Position numbers and translations under genes: made by a program. The notes below the pieces were generated by a model, which saw only the letters and a program-made list of their open reading frames with translations, was not told where the DNA came from and ran no database searches. From Amia ocellicauda (Eukaryota), in NCBI RefSeq assembly GCF_036373705.1, contig NC_089855.1, positions 18,149,962 through 18,213,961 on the forward strand: a stretch of 64,000 bases of DNA, given 5' to 3'. Below are positions 40,401 through 53,166 of this stretch, one piece after another (position 1 is the first letter of the stretch; each line of letters opens with the position of its first letter).

Positions 40401-43039
40401 ACCGCGTACAAATGTAGCCCATACTCTCCTTTTGTCATTCACTGAAGAATGTGTGAAAATAGTGTTTTATATCTTAAAAACGGATCTGTATTTCATGTAG
40501 TGTAAATGTTCAAATGAAATTATTTTACTAAATGTAATCTATAGTATAGTAATTGTCTTGAGCAAATACTGGGTACTTCCACTAACCCTTCGGGGGGACT
40601 TGAGGCCCGCCACAAGGGATTGGATTAGCCTGAGAGCCGGGAAACCGAGGGAGAAAGCAGGGCCAGCCTGTCTCCGTCTCTCGGACATTGGGTGAAAGAT
40701 TATGGTCTCCCTTAATCTGAGTGAATGGCTGCATAGTAGTGTTAACCAGTCACTGCTGAGCTTCAGAGTGAAAGTAGTGTACCTTACATTGTAGTACAGT
40801 ATAATATAGTAAAACGATTAAAGCCTGAAGAGTAGGCATTAACATGAATGGATAAGATCGAAGCAATTATGCATTTTTTTATATTAGCTGGCCACTCATG
40901 TCCTCCCATAAGAAACAGATTGCTATTAAAATGAATTTAATTTCTCCCATCCTTGTACATGGTGAACGTCTCATCAATGTTATGCTAATTCCATGATAAG
41001 AGATCCATTACACACGTTAACGCAGATGATTTATATAAGCAATGGGAACAGCATTTCGGATTTTCAAAGCTTTCAACATGGGTCATCTATTGCATTAGTA
41101 CAATCCCGAAACGTAAGGAAATGTGTGATGCGTAAAACGTTTTAAATGGCATTCTTAGAACATATTAAACTTTTGTACCTAAAAGCAGAGCTGTTTAAAT
41201 AAAGTAAACTGAAAAAAAATGAAATGATCAAATATTATTCCACATGATTAGAACTAATATTGCACTATAGAGCTGTTTTGATATTAGTTTGCTTCACCAC
41301 CTTTGCAGAACAACAAGCTTCTTAAGATGCCTTAAAACTATTTGTATCAACTGGGGTACGTGAACATATATTATTCTAAGGTAGTACACAATCCAATGCA
41401 TTATGATTTCTTAAAGATTTGATATACTGTACTTTATAACTGCAATGGCAAGGTAAAGTACTTGCTATAATTTAACTAGAAAATGACGCTTTTCTCTGTA
41501 TGCTATGTAGAATCCTGCCCCCTTTCTTTAGCTTCTAGAATTACATTATAGTTTCTTCTAGTAAATAAGGGATGAAAAATATGCATCACCATTAACTGCC
41601 TTCACTGTTTAAGGGTCTGTAATCATTTTCAAAATGTCTGCTTGCATTCATGCAGTGCATATCTTTGTTTCTCGGGGAACATGTCTCAAAACATAACCAT
41701 CCATATAAGATATAGCACTGGGAAGAGTACTTGTGCCGATACAACATTTGATCTTATTTCGAAAATTAGTTCAAGAAGCACCTCAAAGTGTAAGAAAATG
41801 TGCTGTACTCCTTCTGTCCTATGTCTGTAGATTTAGAGAGCTTTAGAGTTACATAATCTACTGAAAACACCAGATAACAACCTAAGAAAAATAACCTGAC
41901 ATAGGTGCAAAGTATACACTAAGAAAAGCTTTTAAATTATATTTACTACAATGAATGTGTAACACATTCAGTTGGTTTCCTAGACACTGACCTTAAGCTT
42001 GATTAGATGAGCTAATGTGAGGAAGACATTAGATAAACGGGTGAAGACATAGTCTGCGGTCTAGAATTTAAACAAGATAGATACACAATTATATCTGTCT
42101 TCAACGTAGTGCTCTGCATTGCCACTATAGGACAGTCATACAGTGCCTACTGTCAAAACAACATTAACTCAAATTGTCCTGCATTTGTGCAATTAGGCTT
42201 CTTGTCAATATTTAAATTAAATATCATTTAACTACAAATGTGTAATCATCATAACAGTAATAGAGTTTATCTTCCATTGATGTAATTGTGTGATTAGATT
42301 AGGAAAGTTATTCGAATGGGATATTTGTGTTGCTCAACAGCCCTTTAGTGCTGAAACCTGTGTCAGAGAATCAGATTGTGGATGTTGCCCATGAAGACTC
42401 TTTCTTTGAACATGTCTGTGAAGATGTGCAATTAAATCCCACACACAAGCTGCATCAGTTTGGATCTGCTGCTCTGCTGAGGAGCCGCCTGGCTCAGCCT
42501 GTGGTTGATGCAGGAATTGCAGGCAAGCTTCCTAGGTGGAACATGGCGGCGGCCGTCCAGTGGGAGTGTCATGTGATTTACAGGAGATTATTTTCTCTTG
42601 CACTGTAAACTAACTGCTTAATACTATAGTTTGGCTGTGTGAAGTACCTTGAGGTGGTGCTCACCCTTGTTCATAAATACTAATCGTTTGACTCATTATA
42701 TCCCATCTATTACTCCCTCTAAATACCTGTTTTCAGACAGAAATGCCATATGTCTATTGAATCAAAGAGCAAACACTATTTCTTCAACAGTGAATATACC
42801 ACCAATAGCAGTGTATAGATACACACACGTTTTGGAAAGGCAGTATTCCCCAATGCAAAAATAAACAGACAATTCGTGCTCATTTTCTTTTCTTTACAAA
42901 AGCATAGAATTACAACAACAAAAATAGCATAGTAGTTTAACCTGCAATAACGAATCATTTAAATGAGCCAAACAATGTATCATGGTATATGTACAATGTT
43001 ACACTATAATTGCTATCTTAACGGGAATCTTAACTTAAT

Positions 43040-43230
43040 TGCTTGGTTTTAACTGCGGTGCATTTAATCATGCGCGCATGCGCCGTGGTGAGTGAAAATA
43101 AAAAAAGGAAACCGCTGCCTGTCACCTCCCACGCGTACAAAACGTCTCTACGTTTTAGCGCATGCGCCAGGGGATTTATGGCAGGGGACAAAAGTGGCGC
43201 TACATCGTATCCAGCTCGACTCGGGTAAGA
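43040..43230 (+). promoter_or_regulatory. ZMYM2: CpG-rich putative ZMYM2 promoter and non-coding first exon.
   Basis: Two perfect NRF1 palindromes (GCGCATGCGC) lie at 43075-43084 and 43158-43167. Candidate splice donors follow at ccgtg|gtgagt (43088) and ctcgg|gtaaga (43225). The first coding exon of ZMYM2 at 47645 begins at a 3' acceptor, so an upstream 5' exon is required. Confidence 0.45.
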
Positions 43231-44682
43231 GATTGAGAGACAATATATTGCATTTTATGGTTAATTCGACAAAGTTTTACCAACTGGTTGTGATGATGGT
43301 CGAGTGCCCAGAGAATCCTTCTGGTCTGGCCATGGACGTCTCCAGTCCAATTTAATGGAGACTTCTGCAGTTAATTTTACCCCGCCTGTGATTTTCCTCC
43401 CCCTCTCCGCTGTGGCAGGGTGCTATTGCCTGTACTCTCTCACGTATTGTTTCGTTCGCTCTCTAATGGCGGACGTGAGGCAGTGCTACTAAATGCCTAG
43501 CAGGGGCAAATAATAGCCCCCGTGGTTGTCAGGAAGTGAGTGGGTATGTATTGTATTTAGGTGGCTGTGGAAAGGGTTATTCGCATCACACAGGGCAGAT
43601 GGGTACTTTTAATGGGCATAACCAACGTTATAAATTGAGAAACTAGAGCAGATCAGTTGATCTGTAATGTGCTATAGCGCCCCTTGGGGGTAACAGTTGC
43701 ATTTTTTTTTATGATTGCCCGGGGTATTCGCTGTGGGCAAGTGGCAATTAAACGGCATTTATGCAAATGGGATTGTATATTCGAGAATGATGCACAATGC
43801 CTTGATGCTGACTAGTCTTGAAATGAAGTAGGAATAGCATAGTCCCTTCCACAAACGTGAACTGGGAGGACAAGTTTAGTTGCATTGACATGTGAAATTG
43901 GGCAGGGGGTATAACAACAAAAACAAACGAAAACAAACATGCCCACGATTTGTTTTCTTTGTTTCTGCTTCCTCGTGTTGTGCAGTCCCGAAACTATCTG
44001 TTGATGCATAGATGTTGAGCTCTTCAAGCTATTTTTTTGCATGCTATGTATGCCGAATAGTCACGAATAACTTATGATTATTTATCTGTAATAACAATGG
44101 CGCAGACTTAGGCTGGCCTCCCTCCTGCCTGCCGCTAATCCAATGGCTGCGTGCTCGATAGAGGCCAGGGGTGGGCTACACACGCGTTACTAATACATCT
44201 GTAAGGGAACGTCAGGCTGAGCACCATTTATTACGTTATATGTTTTATAAAAAAAACTGTTGCTGAGATTTGAACATAATCTTGTACTTTTTAACTATCC
44301 TATTAGATAAATATCATTAGCTTTCCAGAACGTGTAGAGCTTTTACGTCGTCTCTGCACTGTTTCTGGGTAAGGTTCTCATGCATGTTGGAACGGAGCTT
44401 CAGCTTGTTCAAATTGTCAAGGGCACAGTCTGTAGTAGTCTGCATATACAGAACCTGTGCTGATCAATTATATTGAAATGGAGAACATAATTTTAGATCT
44501 TCACTGTTTCCTGCACATATTTAACACACATTTAATATGTAATGTATTTTGTTTGTTTGAAGGCCATATTAGCCATAGTGAAATGAACATAACCAGCATA
44601 TTATATTGCTGTCAATGTGCACAATTCCTAAATCTCTTGTGCCATCTGTGCATTTTGTACCAAACATGATGTATATACGTGC

Positions 44683-44735
44683 GCATGCATGCATGTATGT
44701 ATGTATGTATGTATATAGTGTGTGTATATATGTTT
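44683..44735. repeat. (ATGC/ATGT)n and (TG/TA) compound microsatellite in the PSPC1-ZMYM2 intergenic region.
   Basis: gcgcatgcatgcatgtatgtatgtatgtatgtatatagtgtgtgtatatatg. Confidence 0.85.
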
Positions 44736-47644
44736 GTATCTTGGGGAGGCCTTCATCCAGCAGAGGATCTATAAAGGTGGCTGCTGCTGCTGATATGTAT
44801 GTAAAATATGAAAAGGGATTTTTAAAGCAATGCTTATTAAGTTGTATGTGTTAAAAGGATTTGATTAAACAATCCTGATACTGCTGTGTTGTAACCACCC
44901 AGCCTGTGTTTTAAAGGATAGGAAACATGTTAAATATTATAGACATTGTGAGAACCAGAGATGCAGCCTGTGCTAGCACACAATCTTACAAATTTTGCAA
45001 ATCATTATTATTGTCTGTTTATTTTTGATGGGGGGAGGAGTGCATTTTCCAGTAGAAAAGGTAGGGGAAAGCCATAGATAACTGGGAAATATACTTTGAG
45101 CTTGCCCTACCTACACCCCTATTAGCCAAGTATGCTTATTTTGTGGTTTTATTGATATTAACTTAAACCAGAGTTTTAATGCCATCTATACATATGTTGC
45201 ATTTTGTATTACTCTTATATTTTGTAAGTTGCATCTGCTAAGAAATAAATAAATAATAATATGCAATTGATTTAGATCAGCTGTTTTTACAAACTTTGTA
45301 TTCATCCTGCATGTGAAATTGGTTTTCAATCTATGCCTAAAATTACCCACTAGTGCCAGTAGTGTGGATTTAAATTGAGATAATTAGTCTGGTATAAAGA
45401 GGGGATGTCTTCTGACCAGATGTTTTTTTTTTTATTCCTGGCTTTAAGTAATGATCTGTGAAAAATAGAGCAATTGCAGTCTGAAAATACCCACACAGAT
45501 GGCGCTGTTTTGCATATTTCAATAACATTTTTACCTTTTTGTTATAGGGAATTAGGGTTCTTTTTCAAAATATGAACTTTATCTAGTGAATATTAGCATT
45601 CAAGTGATTGCAGAGTGGACCCACTAGCACAAATTGTATGTTTTTTGGTAGCTGCATGGGCATAGATGCACACAGACATGTTCCTAGTTTGATTAAATTG
45701 GATGTGTTCAATGCCATTTCCTCCTAAAAGAGAACAGTATGATACTTTAATTGATTCTCCAGTTGAGTATATATGCTTTTAGAATGCTTTCCTTCCTCAT
45801 TTGCAACCTGAGGGTGCAACTTTTTTGATGACCAGGTTTCCCGGTGTCCATTCACTGTATCACAATATTAACATTATTTTTATATATAAGCATTTTAGTT
45901 GTCACTGGCATGGTACAAATTCAGTTACAGTGATCATTACTTTGCCATGTAATGCAGGCACTTATGCTGGTGGTATTTATGGAACCAGTCTGAGATTATT
46001 AGGAAGTTCAACATATCGATTTCAAATGCAAGTCAAACATTCCTTAATGATGAACAGAAGTGACTGTTTTGTGTGAATTGTACACATCGGCTTGGGACTA
46101 ATACACCTGTACATTTTCAGTCTATGCAAGTGCACTTTATCTGTGAGTTAGTCTCTTTTGCATTCAAAATAAATTTGCTTACAGTGTTCAGAACATGGTA
46201 AGAAGTTGTGGTTTGTTTTCAGGATGTATTTGATGCGCATGGAGCCTCCATAGCCGTTATCAGCACTGGGCTGTGACAAGTTATTGCAGGAAGTGAGTAA
46301 GTGTTCTGTCGCTTTTCAAATTTATTTCTATGGGAGTCATACTTGTGTAGATGTCTTTTCTTTTTGAGAGAAGGTTTAGCACAAAATTTAAAATTTGATT
46401 TTCTAAATTGCAACAGCAACCTAGACTACATAACTTAACTTTCCAGTGCTTCAGGGCAGGGGACAATGCAGGAATTAAAATGTGACCAGAAACTTTTGAA
46501 CCAAATTTAAATGCATCTTGTTTCCAGTGCATTTGTGATGTAGGCTACACCAAAGATATTTAACTAAACGCATCTATATTCCACAAACTTCAATTATTTA
46601 ATTGCAGCAAGTATTCAACAGATTTTCAAATGGAGATGGAGGACATGGGGATATAGCTAAATATTTTCAATCGCAAAGGAATTAGTCATCTGTACAAAAA
46701 AAAAAGTTTAATCCAGGGCTTTCTCTCACTACCAAGTTAATTAATATATTGAATATTTAGTTTTGTCTGAGTTTTAAAATATGGTCTGTTACCCAATGCA
46801 AAATCTTGGTGCCTCAGGTATTGGAAAATGTAAAAATAATCAAAATGAATGGTTTGAACTCATGCTTACAGAGATTGGGCAATTCCTGCTGTCTTATCTA
46901 GGCAAGATGTGTACTCTTTACATCTGAAATTATTAAAAATTCATTAAGCTGTGATACTAAAATGCTGTAGGGAAAATGTCTGTAGACACAACAGCTGAGG
47001 ACATCTTGAGTCTTGTTTCATATTCACTTACCATAACAGTAGAATTCCTGGGATTTTTATTCTGTAATATTTATTTTTAATACAAGTCCATTAGGTGAAG
47101 ATCTGCAATATTTTTTTTTAATTCAATCACAACTCCACAAACATTACACATCTAATGGTATTGCTTTGCCGAGGGTTAAGAGTGTGTAAGAGTTAGTTCA
47201 TACTTTAAACCTACCTTCTTAGAATCAAGATTAAGCTTGTGAGGGAAGGAGACTGATGTGAAAGTGGAGAAACAGAGGGATGTGTGAAGCTTGGGATGAC
47301 TCCATCTTCTGAAGAAATGTAAATTACCACCTGTGTCTGTATAAACCATGCTACAGAAACACTTTCTCACAAAGTTACTGTGCTATGTTTTCCCTCGTGA
47401 TGCACAGAGAACCTTTCAAATGCACAGCTCACTTTGAGTGCTTCAGATTTGCTCCTAGCATTATCCACATCAGGTCACTATACTGATGTTCATCCTCTTG
47501 ACTCCCTAATACCAGTTTAGTATTTATTGATGCAGAAACACCCTTCTGCTTGAAGATCGACAGAGAGGAGTTGGCACATACCTGAATTCTCTGTGACCTA
47601 TTTCAGGTTTCCTTAACTCTCCCAATGCACTTCTGTTTTCTCAG

Positions 47645-48581
47645 GTGGTTACCTAAGTAATGGACCAAGGTTTTTCCAATGGTTTGGAGCCCAAGCTCGG
47701 TGCAGAAGAAAGCAACACGGCAGCAGAGGAGGAGTCTGCCATGGACACGGGAGTCCCAGAAGTTGAGACGGTTGCAGCGGTCCAGGACACCACGTCAGCC
47801 CCTGACGATCTCCAGCACACCTCGAAGGTGGCAGAGGAAGATGACGATGACGTAGTGTTCATAGAGCCACTTCCTTCAGCACAAGAGGAGAGCACGCCGA
47901 CCCTGGTTCCCAGCACTGGCACCGCTGCCGAAGCCCCCGTTTCCCAGACTCCAGACCGTGCCGAGGAGACTGCTACAGTGCCTCAGCACTCGCAGGATTA
48001 CACGCCTCCTCCGCCTCCCATGACTTTGGCCAACAGTCACGGCGAGACCATCGTTATAGATGATGAGGAAGATGCTGAGCTGACGTCTTTGCAGCAGCCC
48101 ACCTCATCCTCTGTCACTGGAACCAGGGCTGGTCAGGAGTCCAATGCTGCTGCGAGTTCTGCTGAGGCTACAGAGGCGATGGAGAGCCAGGTGGTGGCAG
48201 CTGTGCAGACTCCACTGAGCAGCACGGAGCCAGACTCTGAAATCCAGATCGCCAGCGTGACAACGCTTGACCTGGGGGCTAGCCTTGGCAGTGGTGGCCA
48301 GGGAGCCTCTGTACCTGGTGCCCGGGTCGATGGGGACATGAATCTGATGATAACCAGTGTCACCTCTCTGCACAACAGCAGCCTGGCGGAGGTAGGCAAT
48401 GGGTTGCAGATAAGCAACACCTTCAGCCTCAACCCAGATGCACAGAGTGCTCCCACAGCCTCACACACTGACTCCAGCAGGCCTGTGGGCCATTCCAGCA
48501 CGGGGACTTTCAATCCAGGAAGAGTCGGCACAGCCAGGGAGGCTGCTCAGAATGGGGAAACGGGGACCCACCAGAGACCTG
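47645..48581 (+). CDS. ZMYM2: ZMYM2 first coding exon. The ATG is at 47660. It encodes MDQGFSNGLEPK...DDDDVVFIEP...ETIVIDDEED...TEPDSEIQIASVTTLD...DMNLMITSVTSL...GTFNPGRVG...THQRP(D).
   Basis: ORF 47660..48607 supports it. The acceptor is ttttctcag|g. The donor is cct g|gtaatt. Several blocks match the human ZMYM2 (ZNF198) N-terminal region: DDDDVVFIEP, ETIVIDDEED, TEPDSEIQIA.VTTL and DMNLMIT.VTSL. Confidence 0.88.
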
Positions 48582-49216
48582 GTAATTCACCACTCTACAT
48601 TTTTTAATTGGTCATGAGCGCCTGCTTGTATTGAGTCACCTTGGGTCCTTGAGGAGAATTAGCCCTTGATCTCCTGCTCTATAGCCCTGCAGCATGGCAC
48701 AGCCTGCTGAGTAGGTGCTACAGCCTTAACTGGTTAAATGGGATCTTGCCTTTGTGGGTATCCTGTTGCCAAACAAGGAAATTTGTTTTACCTACAATGG
48801 GAAAATAGAGAGGTTTTGTTTCTTCCTCGAACTTGAACATGTATCCATAAATCTGTGTTATACAGATGTTTATTTATTACATTGTCAATGAAAGATTTAT
48901 AATTCCCAGTGATCAGTGATCTGCTTAACCCATCTATGCATTGAATACAAAAAGATTAGTTAATAACTTTTTTCCAAACTGTATTGCTTCACCTGCAGAC
49001 TTGCTTCTGTGCTTTTAAACCAGCTTCCAAATCCCATTTAAAAAAAAAAAAAAAAAGTGTGCCAAAGGTTTTATCACTAGCATACTGAAGAATATTATTG
49101 AATATAAGGAGCTGAACAATTGAAGTCTGCAGTCTTGATTTAATTTGTGTACATCCCAGTAAAGGCTCTTTGCTTTATTAGAGGTCTTTGTAATGTGAAC
49201 TTCTATTTATTAACAG

Positions 49217-49502
49217 ATTCGTGGATATCCCAGTCAGCCTCTTTCCCCCGAAATCAAAAGCAGCCAGGTGTTGATTCTCCATCTTCTGCGGCTTCCTTGC
49301 CAAAATCTGTCTTTCCGCCTCCAGCCTCTCAGCAGCCCTCTAAGCCGGTCAAAGTCACCTGTGCGAACTGTAAAAAGCCGCTGAGGAAAGGGCAGACGGC
49401 ATACCAGCGCAAAGGCTCGGCCCATCTCTTCTGCTCGACCACCTGCCTGTCAGCCTTCTCCCACAAGCCTGCCCCCAAGAAGAACTGCACAATGTGCACA
49501 AA
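49217..49502 (+). CDS. ZMYM2: ZMYM2 exon. It encodes (D)[20 protein letters not shown]...[53 protein letters not shown](K), which is MYM zinc finger 1.
   Basis: ORF 49147..49506 supports it. The acceptor is ttaacag|at. The donor is aca aa|gtaagg. It is near-identical to human ZMYM2. Confidence 0.92.
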
Positions 49503-49960
49503 GTAAGGTTCAGAGCGAATGCCAACTAGTCAGTCACAGAATAGTATGTCTTGTGTGTGCAGGCAAAGGGGAGGGAAGGTAAGTTGTGTTTGGGGGAACT
49601 TGCACTACTGGCAAAGGTTTTAATATTAAAATGATTATTACTGATTATCTTAATCTATTACTGTGAATTTAGAAAATCTATTTTTGTCGCATTACTAACT
49701 GGGTCTTTGTAGATATTTTCAAATTTAATGAACTTCAAAAAAATCTCTTTCCCTTAATCACAGCAGGGCAGCAACCATAAGCTTGAATAAATTATTATAT
49801 ATGGGAGCTTATTCTTTGCAAACTTTGTAGAATCTTCAAATTGTAATTTTGAGTCACAGCAAGGAATGATCTGTAATCTGTTCACAGTAGTGCAATCAAT
49901 AATTTAGCAAGGACTACCTAGTAAGTATAGAATCCAAATTACAAAAGATGCTCCTATACG

Positions 49961-50855
49961 TACACTGATCAGGCATAACATTATGACCCCTGACAGGTGA
50001 AATGAATAACACTGGTACTCTCATTATCATGGCACCTGTCAGTGGGTCGGATCTATTAGGCAGCAAAGTTGTCCTCAAAGTTGATGTGTTAGAAGCAGGA
50101 AAAATGGGCAAGCTTAAGGATCTGAGCGACTTTGACAAGGGCCAAATTGTGATGGCTAGACGACTGGGTCAGAGCATCTCCAAAACTGCAGCTCTTGTGG
50201 GGTGTTCCCAGTCTGCAGTGGTCAGTACCTATCAAAAGTGGTCCAAGGAAGGAAAAGCGGTGAACCACCGACAGGATCATGGGCAGCCAAGGCTCATTGA
50301 TGCACGTGGGGAGCGAAGGCTGGCCCGTGTGGTCCGATCCAACAGACGAGCTACTGTAGCTCAAATTGCTGAAAAAGTGAATGCTGGTTCTGATAGAAAG
50401 GTGTCAGAACACACAGTGCATCGCAGTTTGTTGCGTATGGGGCTGCGTAGCCGCAGACCAGTCAGGGTGCCCATGCTGACCCCTGTCCACTGCTGAAAGC
50501 GCCTACAATGGGCACGTGAGCATCAGAACTGGACCACGGAGCAATGGAAGAAGGTGGCCTGGTCTGATGAATGACGAGTTCAAGGTGTTGACTTGGCCTC
50601 CAAATTCCCCAGATCTCAATCCAGTCGAACATATGTGGGATGTGCTGGACAAACAAGTTCGATCCATGGAGGCCCCACCTCGCAACTTACAGGACTTAAA
50701 GGATCTGCTGCGAACGTCTTGGTGCCGGATACCACAGCACACCTTCAGAGGTCTAGTGGAGTCCATGCCTCAACGGGTCAGGGCTGTTTAGGCGGCAAAA
50801 GGGGGACCGACACAATATTAGGCAGGTGGTCATAATGTTATGGCTGATCGGTGTA
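49961..50855 (+). mobile_element. Internally deleted Tc1 element (non-autonomous derivative, copy 1) in a ZMYM2 intron.
   Basis: The TIRs are TACACTGATCAGGCATAACATTATGACC and GGTCATAATGTTATGGCTGATCGGTGTA. It sits at a TA target site. ORFs 50002..50496 and 50516..50791 encode the transposase N-terminus ([34 protein letters not shown]...RVPMLTPVH) and C-terminus (VLTWPPNSPDLNPVEHMWDVLDKQVRSMEAPPRNLQDLKDLL..SWCRIPQHTFRGLVESMPQRVRAV). They are joined at ...KKVAWSDE|RVQGVDL-VLTWPP, so the DDE catalytic core is missing. Confidence 0.85.
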
Positions 50856-51536
50856 TATTAATGTAAAATAAATTACTTTTAAAGTCTGAAAACTTTTCTG
50901 ATATTATTTTAAGTGGAAGCTGTAGACCTCTTGTGGTTATGCCATGTTACTGCAAATGCACATTGTTCACACCCATTCAAAATGTATGAAAAGGTCAGAG
51001 TCCACACTCTTATCTAGGTTGACCATGATGCCCTGTAACCATCTCACTGAAAAAATAATCTTTATGATGGTACTGAAGTTGGAGACATTTAAGTGTTCCT
51101 TTTGCACAGTATCCAAGCTTGGGTTCCTGAAGTGAATTCGTATATAGATTTGTTTAATTTGAAATTGCAAGGAAAATCAAACGAAACAAATTTGTGTACA
51201 AGTTGAATCCAGCATTGAAATTGTGCACTTCAGATTAGTGCTGTTGTACAGTTTTTTTTTTTTTTTTCTGGTAGGTAACTGTAGAGAGAGATTTACCAAC
51301 TGAGTAAACGATTTGACCAGTCTTCTGAACAACCAAGAATCTGAGAAATATTTTCATATGATAGTGTAGTATACAAATATTAGGTATTAAACCATCCTCT
51401 AATGACTTCAGTAAAGTAAAATGCATAGTGATTTTATCAAGGTTTACTTTTTCGCATTTGTTCAGAGAGCTTTTGCATGCTGAAATGTGTATGCAAATTT
51501 CCTGATTATATATATTTTTTTTCTTCTTCATTTTAG

Positions 51537-51699
51537 GGACATTACTACCATGAAAGGAACCATTGTTGCTCAAGTGGACTCCAGCGAGTCCTTCCAGGAG
51601 TTCTGCAGCACTGCTTGTCTGTCCTCATATGAAAATAAACAGAATCCTCCCAAAACCCCCATCAAGACCAGGTGCACGGTCTGTGGGAAACTAACTGAG
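51537..51699 (+). CDS. ZMYM2: ZMYM2 exon. It encodes (K)DITTMKGTIVAQVDSSESFQEFCSTACLSSYENKQNPPKTPIKTRCTVCGKLTE.
   Basis: ORF 51487..51711 supports it. The acceptor is cattttag|g. The donor is gag|gtaaaa. It matches the human ZMYM2 MYM finger. Confidence 0.92.
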
Positions 51700-51976
51700 G
51701 TAAAATCCTGAAGAGAAAACATTACTAAATTACCTTTGTAATGTTTTAATATGGAAGGTATTATACTCATTTTCCTCATAGTGATAGACCCACTAGAAGC
51801 CATGCATTTGCTATTGTAAATTAAATCTGATGATAATTATAGATAATCTAATGTTTTTAATCAATTATATACTATATGATATAATACACTGGATGTGTAG
51901 TTTTCAGTGTTAATGATATAAGTTCTATACAGTTTCTTTAAAATTAGCTTTCTGAGACCTGAACATTACATGTTTG

Positions 51977-51998
51977 TTTTTTTTTTTTTTTTTTTTTT
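51977..51998 (+). repeat. Poly(T)22 tract in a ZMYM2 intron. Similar T or A homopolymers of 16-19 nt lie at 51252-51267, 52472-52490, 54673-54691 and 49040-49056.
   Basis: Direct reading. Confidence 0.9.
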
Positions 51999-52048
51999 CC
52001 CTGGATCAGGTTTGAGTGAAGTCATTGTATCTGTTTCTTTAATTGCAG

Positions 52049-52261
52049 ATTCGCCATGAGGTTAGCTTTAAAAACGTCACCCATAAGATATGCAGTGATC
52101 ACTGCTTTAACCGGTATAGAATGGCCAATGGTCTCATTATGAACTGTTGTGAACAGTGTGGAGATTATTTGCCTAATAAATCGTCTGCAAATCATTTCCT
52201 TATAATTGATGGACAGCAGAAACGGTTCTGCTGCCAGAACTGTGTTAAGGAATACAAGCAG
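52049..52261 (+). CDS. ZMYM2: ZMYM2 exon. It encodes [71 protein letters not shown].
   Basis: ORF 52043..52297 supports it. The acceptor is attgcag|att. The donor is aag cag|gtaaga. Confidence 0.92.
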
Positions 52262-53009
52262 GTAAGAATGGGTTTTAAACTAGGACATTTTATTTAAAAC
52301 ACAAAAATGTTTTATACTACAGTTCACCAAGTAGGAGAAATATGCTATGACTCTTCATATACCATGAAGGTACGATGCTTATTAATGTGGAATCCAATGC
52401 CTTCTACAGTGCAAACTGCAGATCAGAGTTCTACTAGCTGGCAATTGTATAGCCAGTGCAAGTGTTTGTTTAAAAAAAAAAAAAAAAAAATGTATTCAGG
52501 TTCAGTGGAAGAAGTGTGATTAGATTTATATTATATATGTTTTGCTATATTTCTGCCTTGTACAATGCCATGCTTTCCACTTTCCATTTCCACTTATTCC
52601 TGTACTGTGTCATCTACACTGGGCAACCCCCAGGTGATGCATTGTACTATGATTTGCTCTGGAGTGCCATTCTTGCTAGGCCACTGTCTATGGCTGCTTG
52701 CATATATATATGCAGAAGGAAAGTCATTAATTATCTTAAGCAGCATGAATTAAATTGATTATCCTTGTTTGAGGACGCCATCATACTTGCATGGTTATAA
52801 TTTATCAAATGAAGGCTACCACAATTGAGCTAAGCAAACCCTGAACATGAGAAACCCAAATTCAGAATTGAAATCAAAACGGAAATTGAAATCTCGAAAG
52901 AGACAATGTACAAAAAGTCAGTCCTTGTAGAAAACTGCAGTTAGAAGAAATTGTTACAATTTTTTTTGCATTCTAAATTAAATTGACATTTTCCTATGTA
53001 CAATTTTAG

Positions 53010-53166
53010 ACTCATGGCAAAATAACATGCTGTACAGGATGCAGAACTCCATGTAGATTTTTCGACATTACTCATTGCATAGGACCCAGTGGTAATATGG
53101 AGCCCTACTGCTCTACTGCGTGCATGAACTCGCACAAGTCCAAGAACTCCAGTCCTGCAAGTTCTG
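53010..53166 (+). CDS. ZMYM2: ZMYM2 exon. It encodes THGKITCCTGCRTPCRFFDITHCIGPSGNMEPYCSTACMNSHKSKNSSPASS(G).
   Basis: The acceptor is caattttag|act. The donor is tct g|gtaagt. It matches human KHGKVTVCTGCRTRCRYFDMTQCIGPNGYMEPYCSTACMNSHK. It is shorter than the ORF-track cutoff in its own frame. Confidence 0.88.

Noticed and set aside
47653-48531. Antisense ORFs of 89 and 132 aa (47653..47922 and 48133..48531) opposite the ZMYM2 first coding exon.
   Set aside because: They are shadow ORFs of a GC-rich coding exon. The sense strand has unambiguous ZMYM2 homology.
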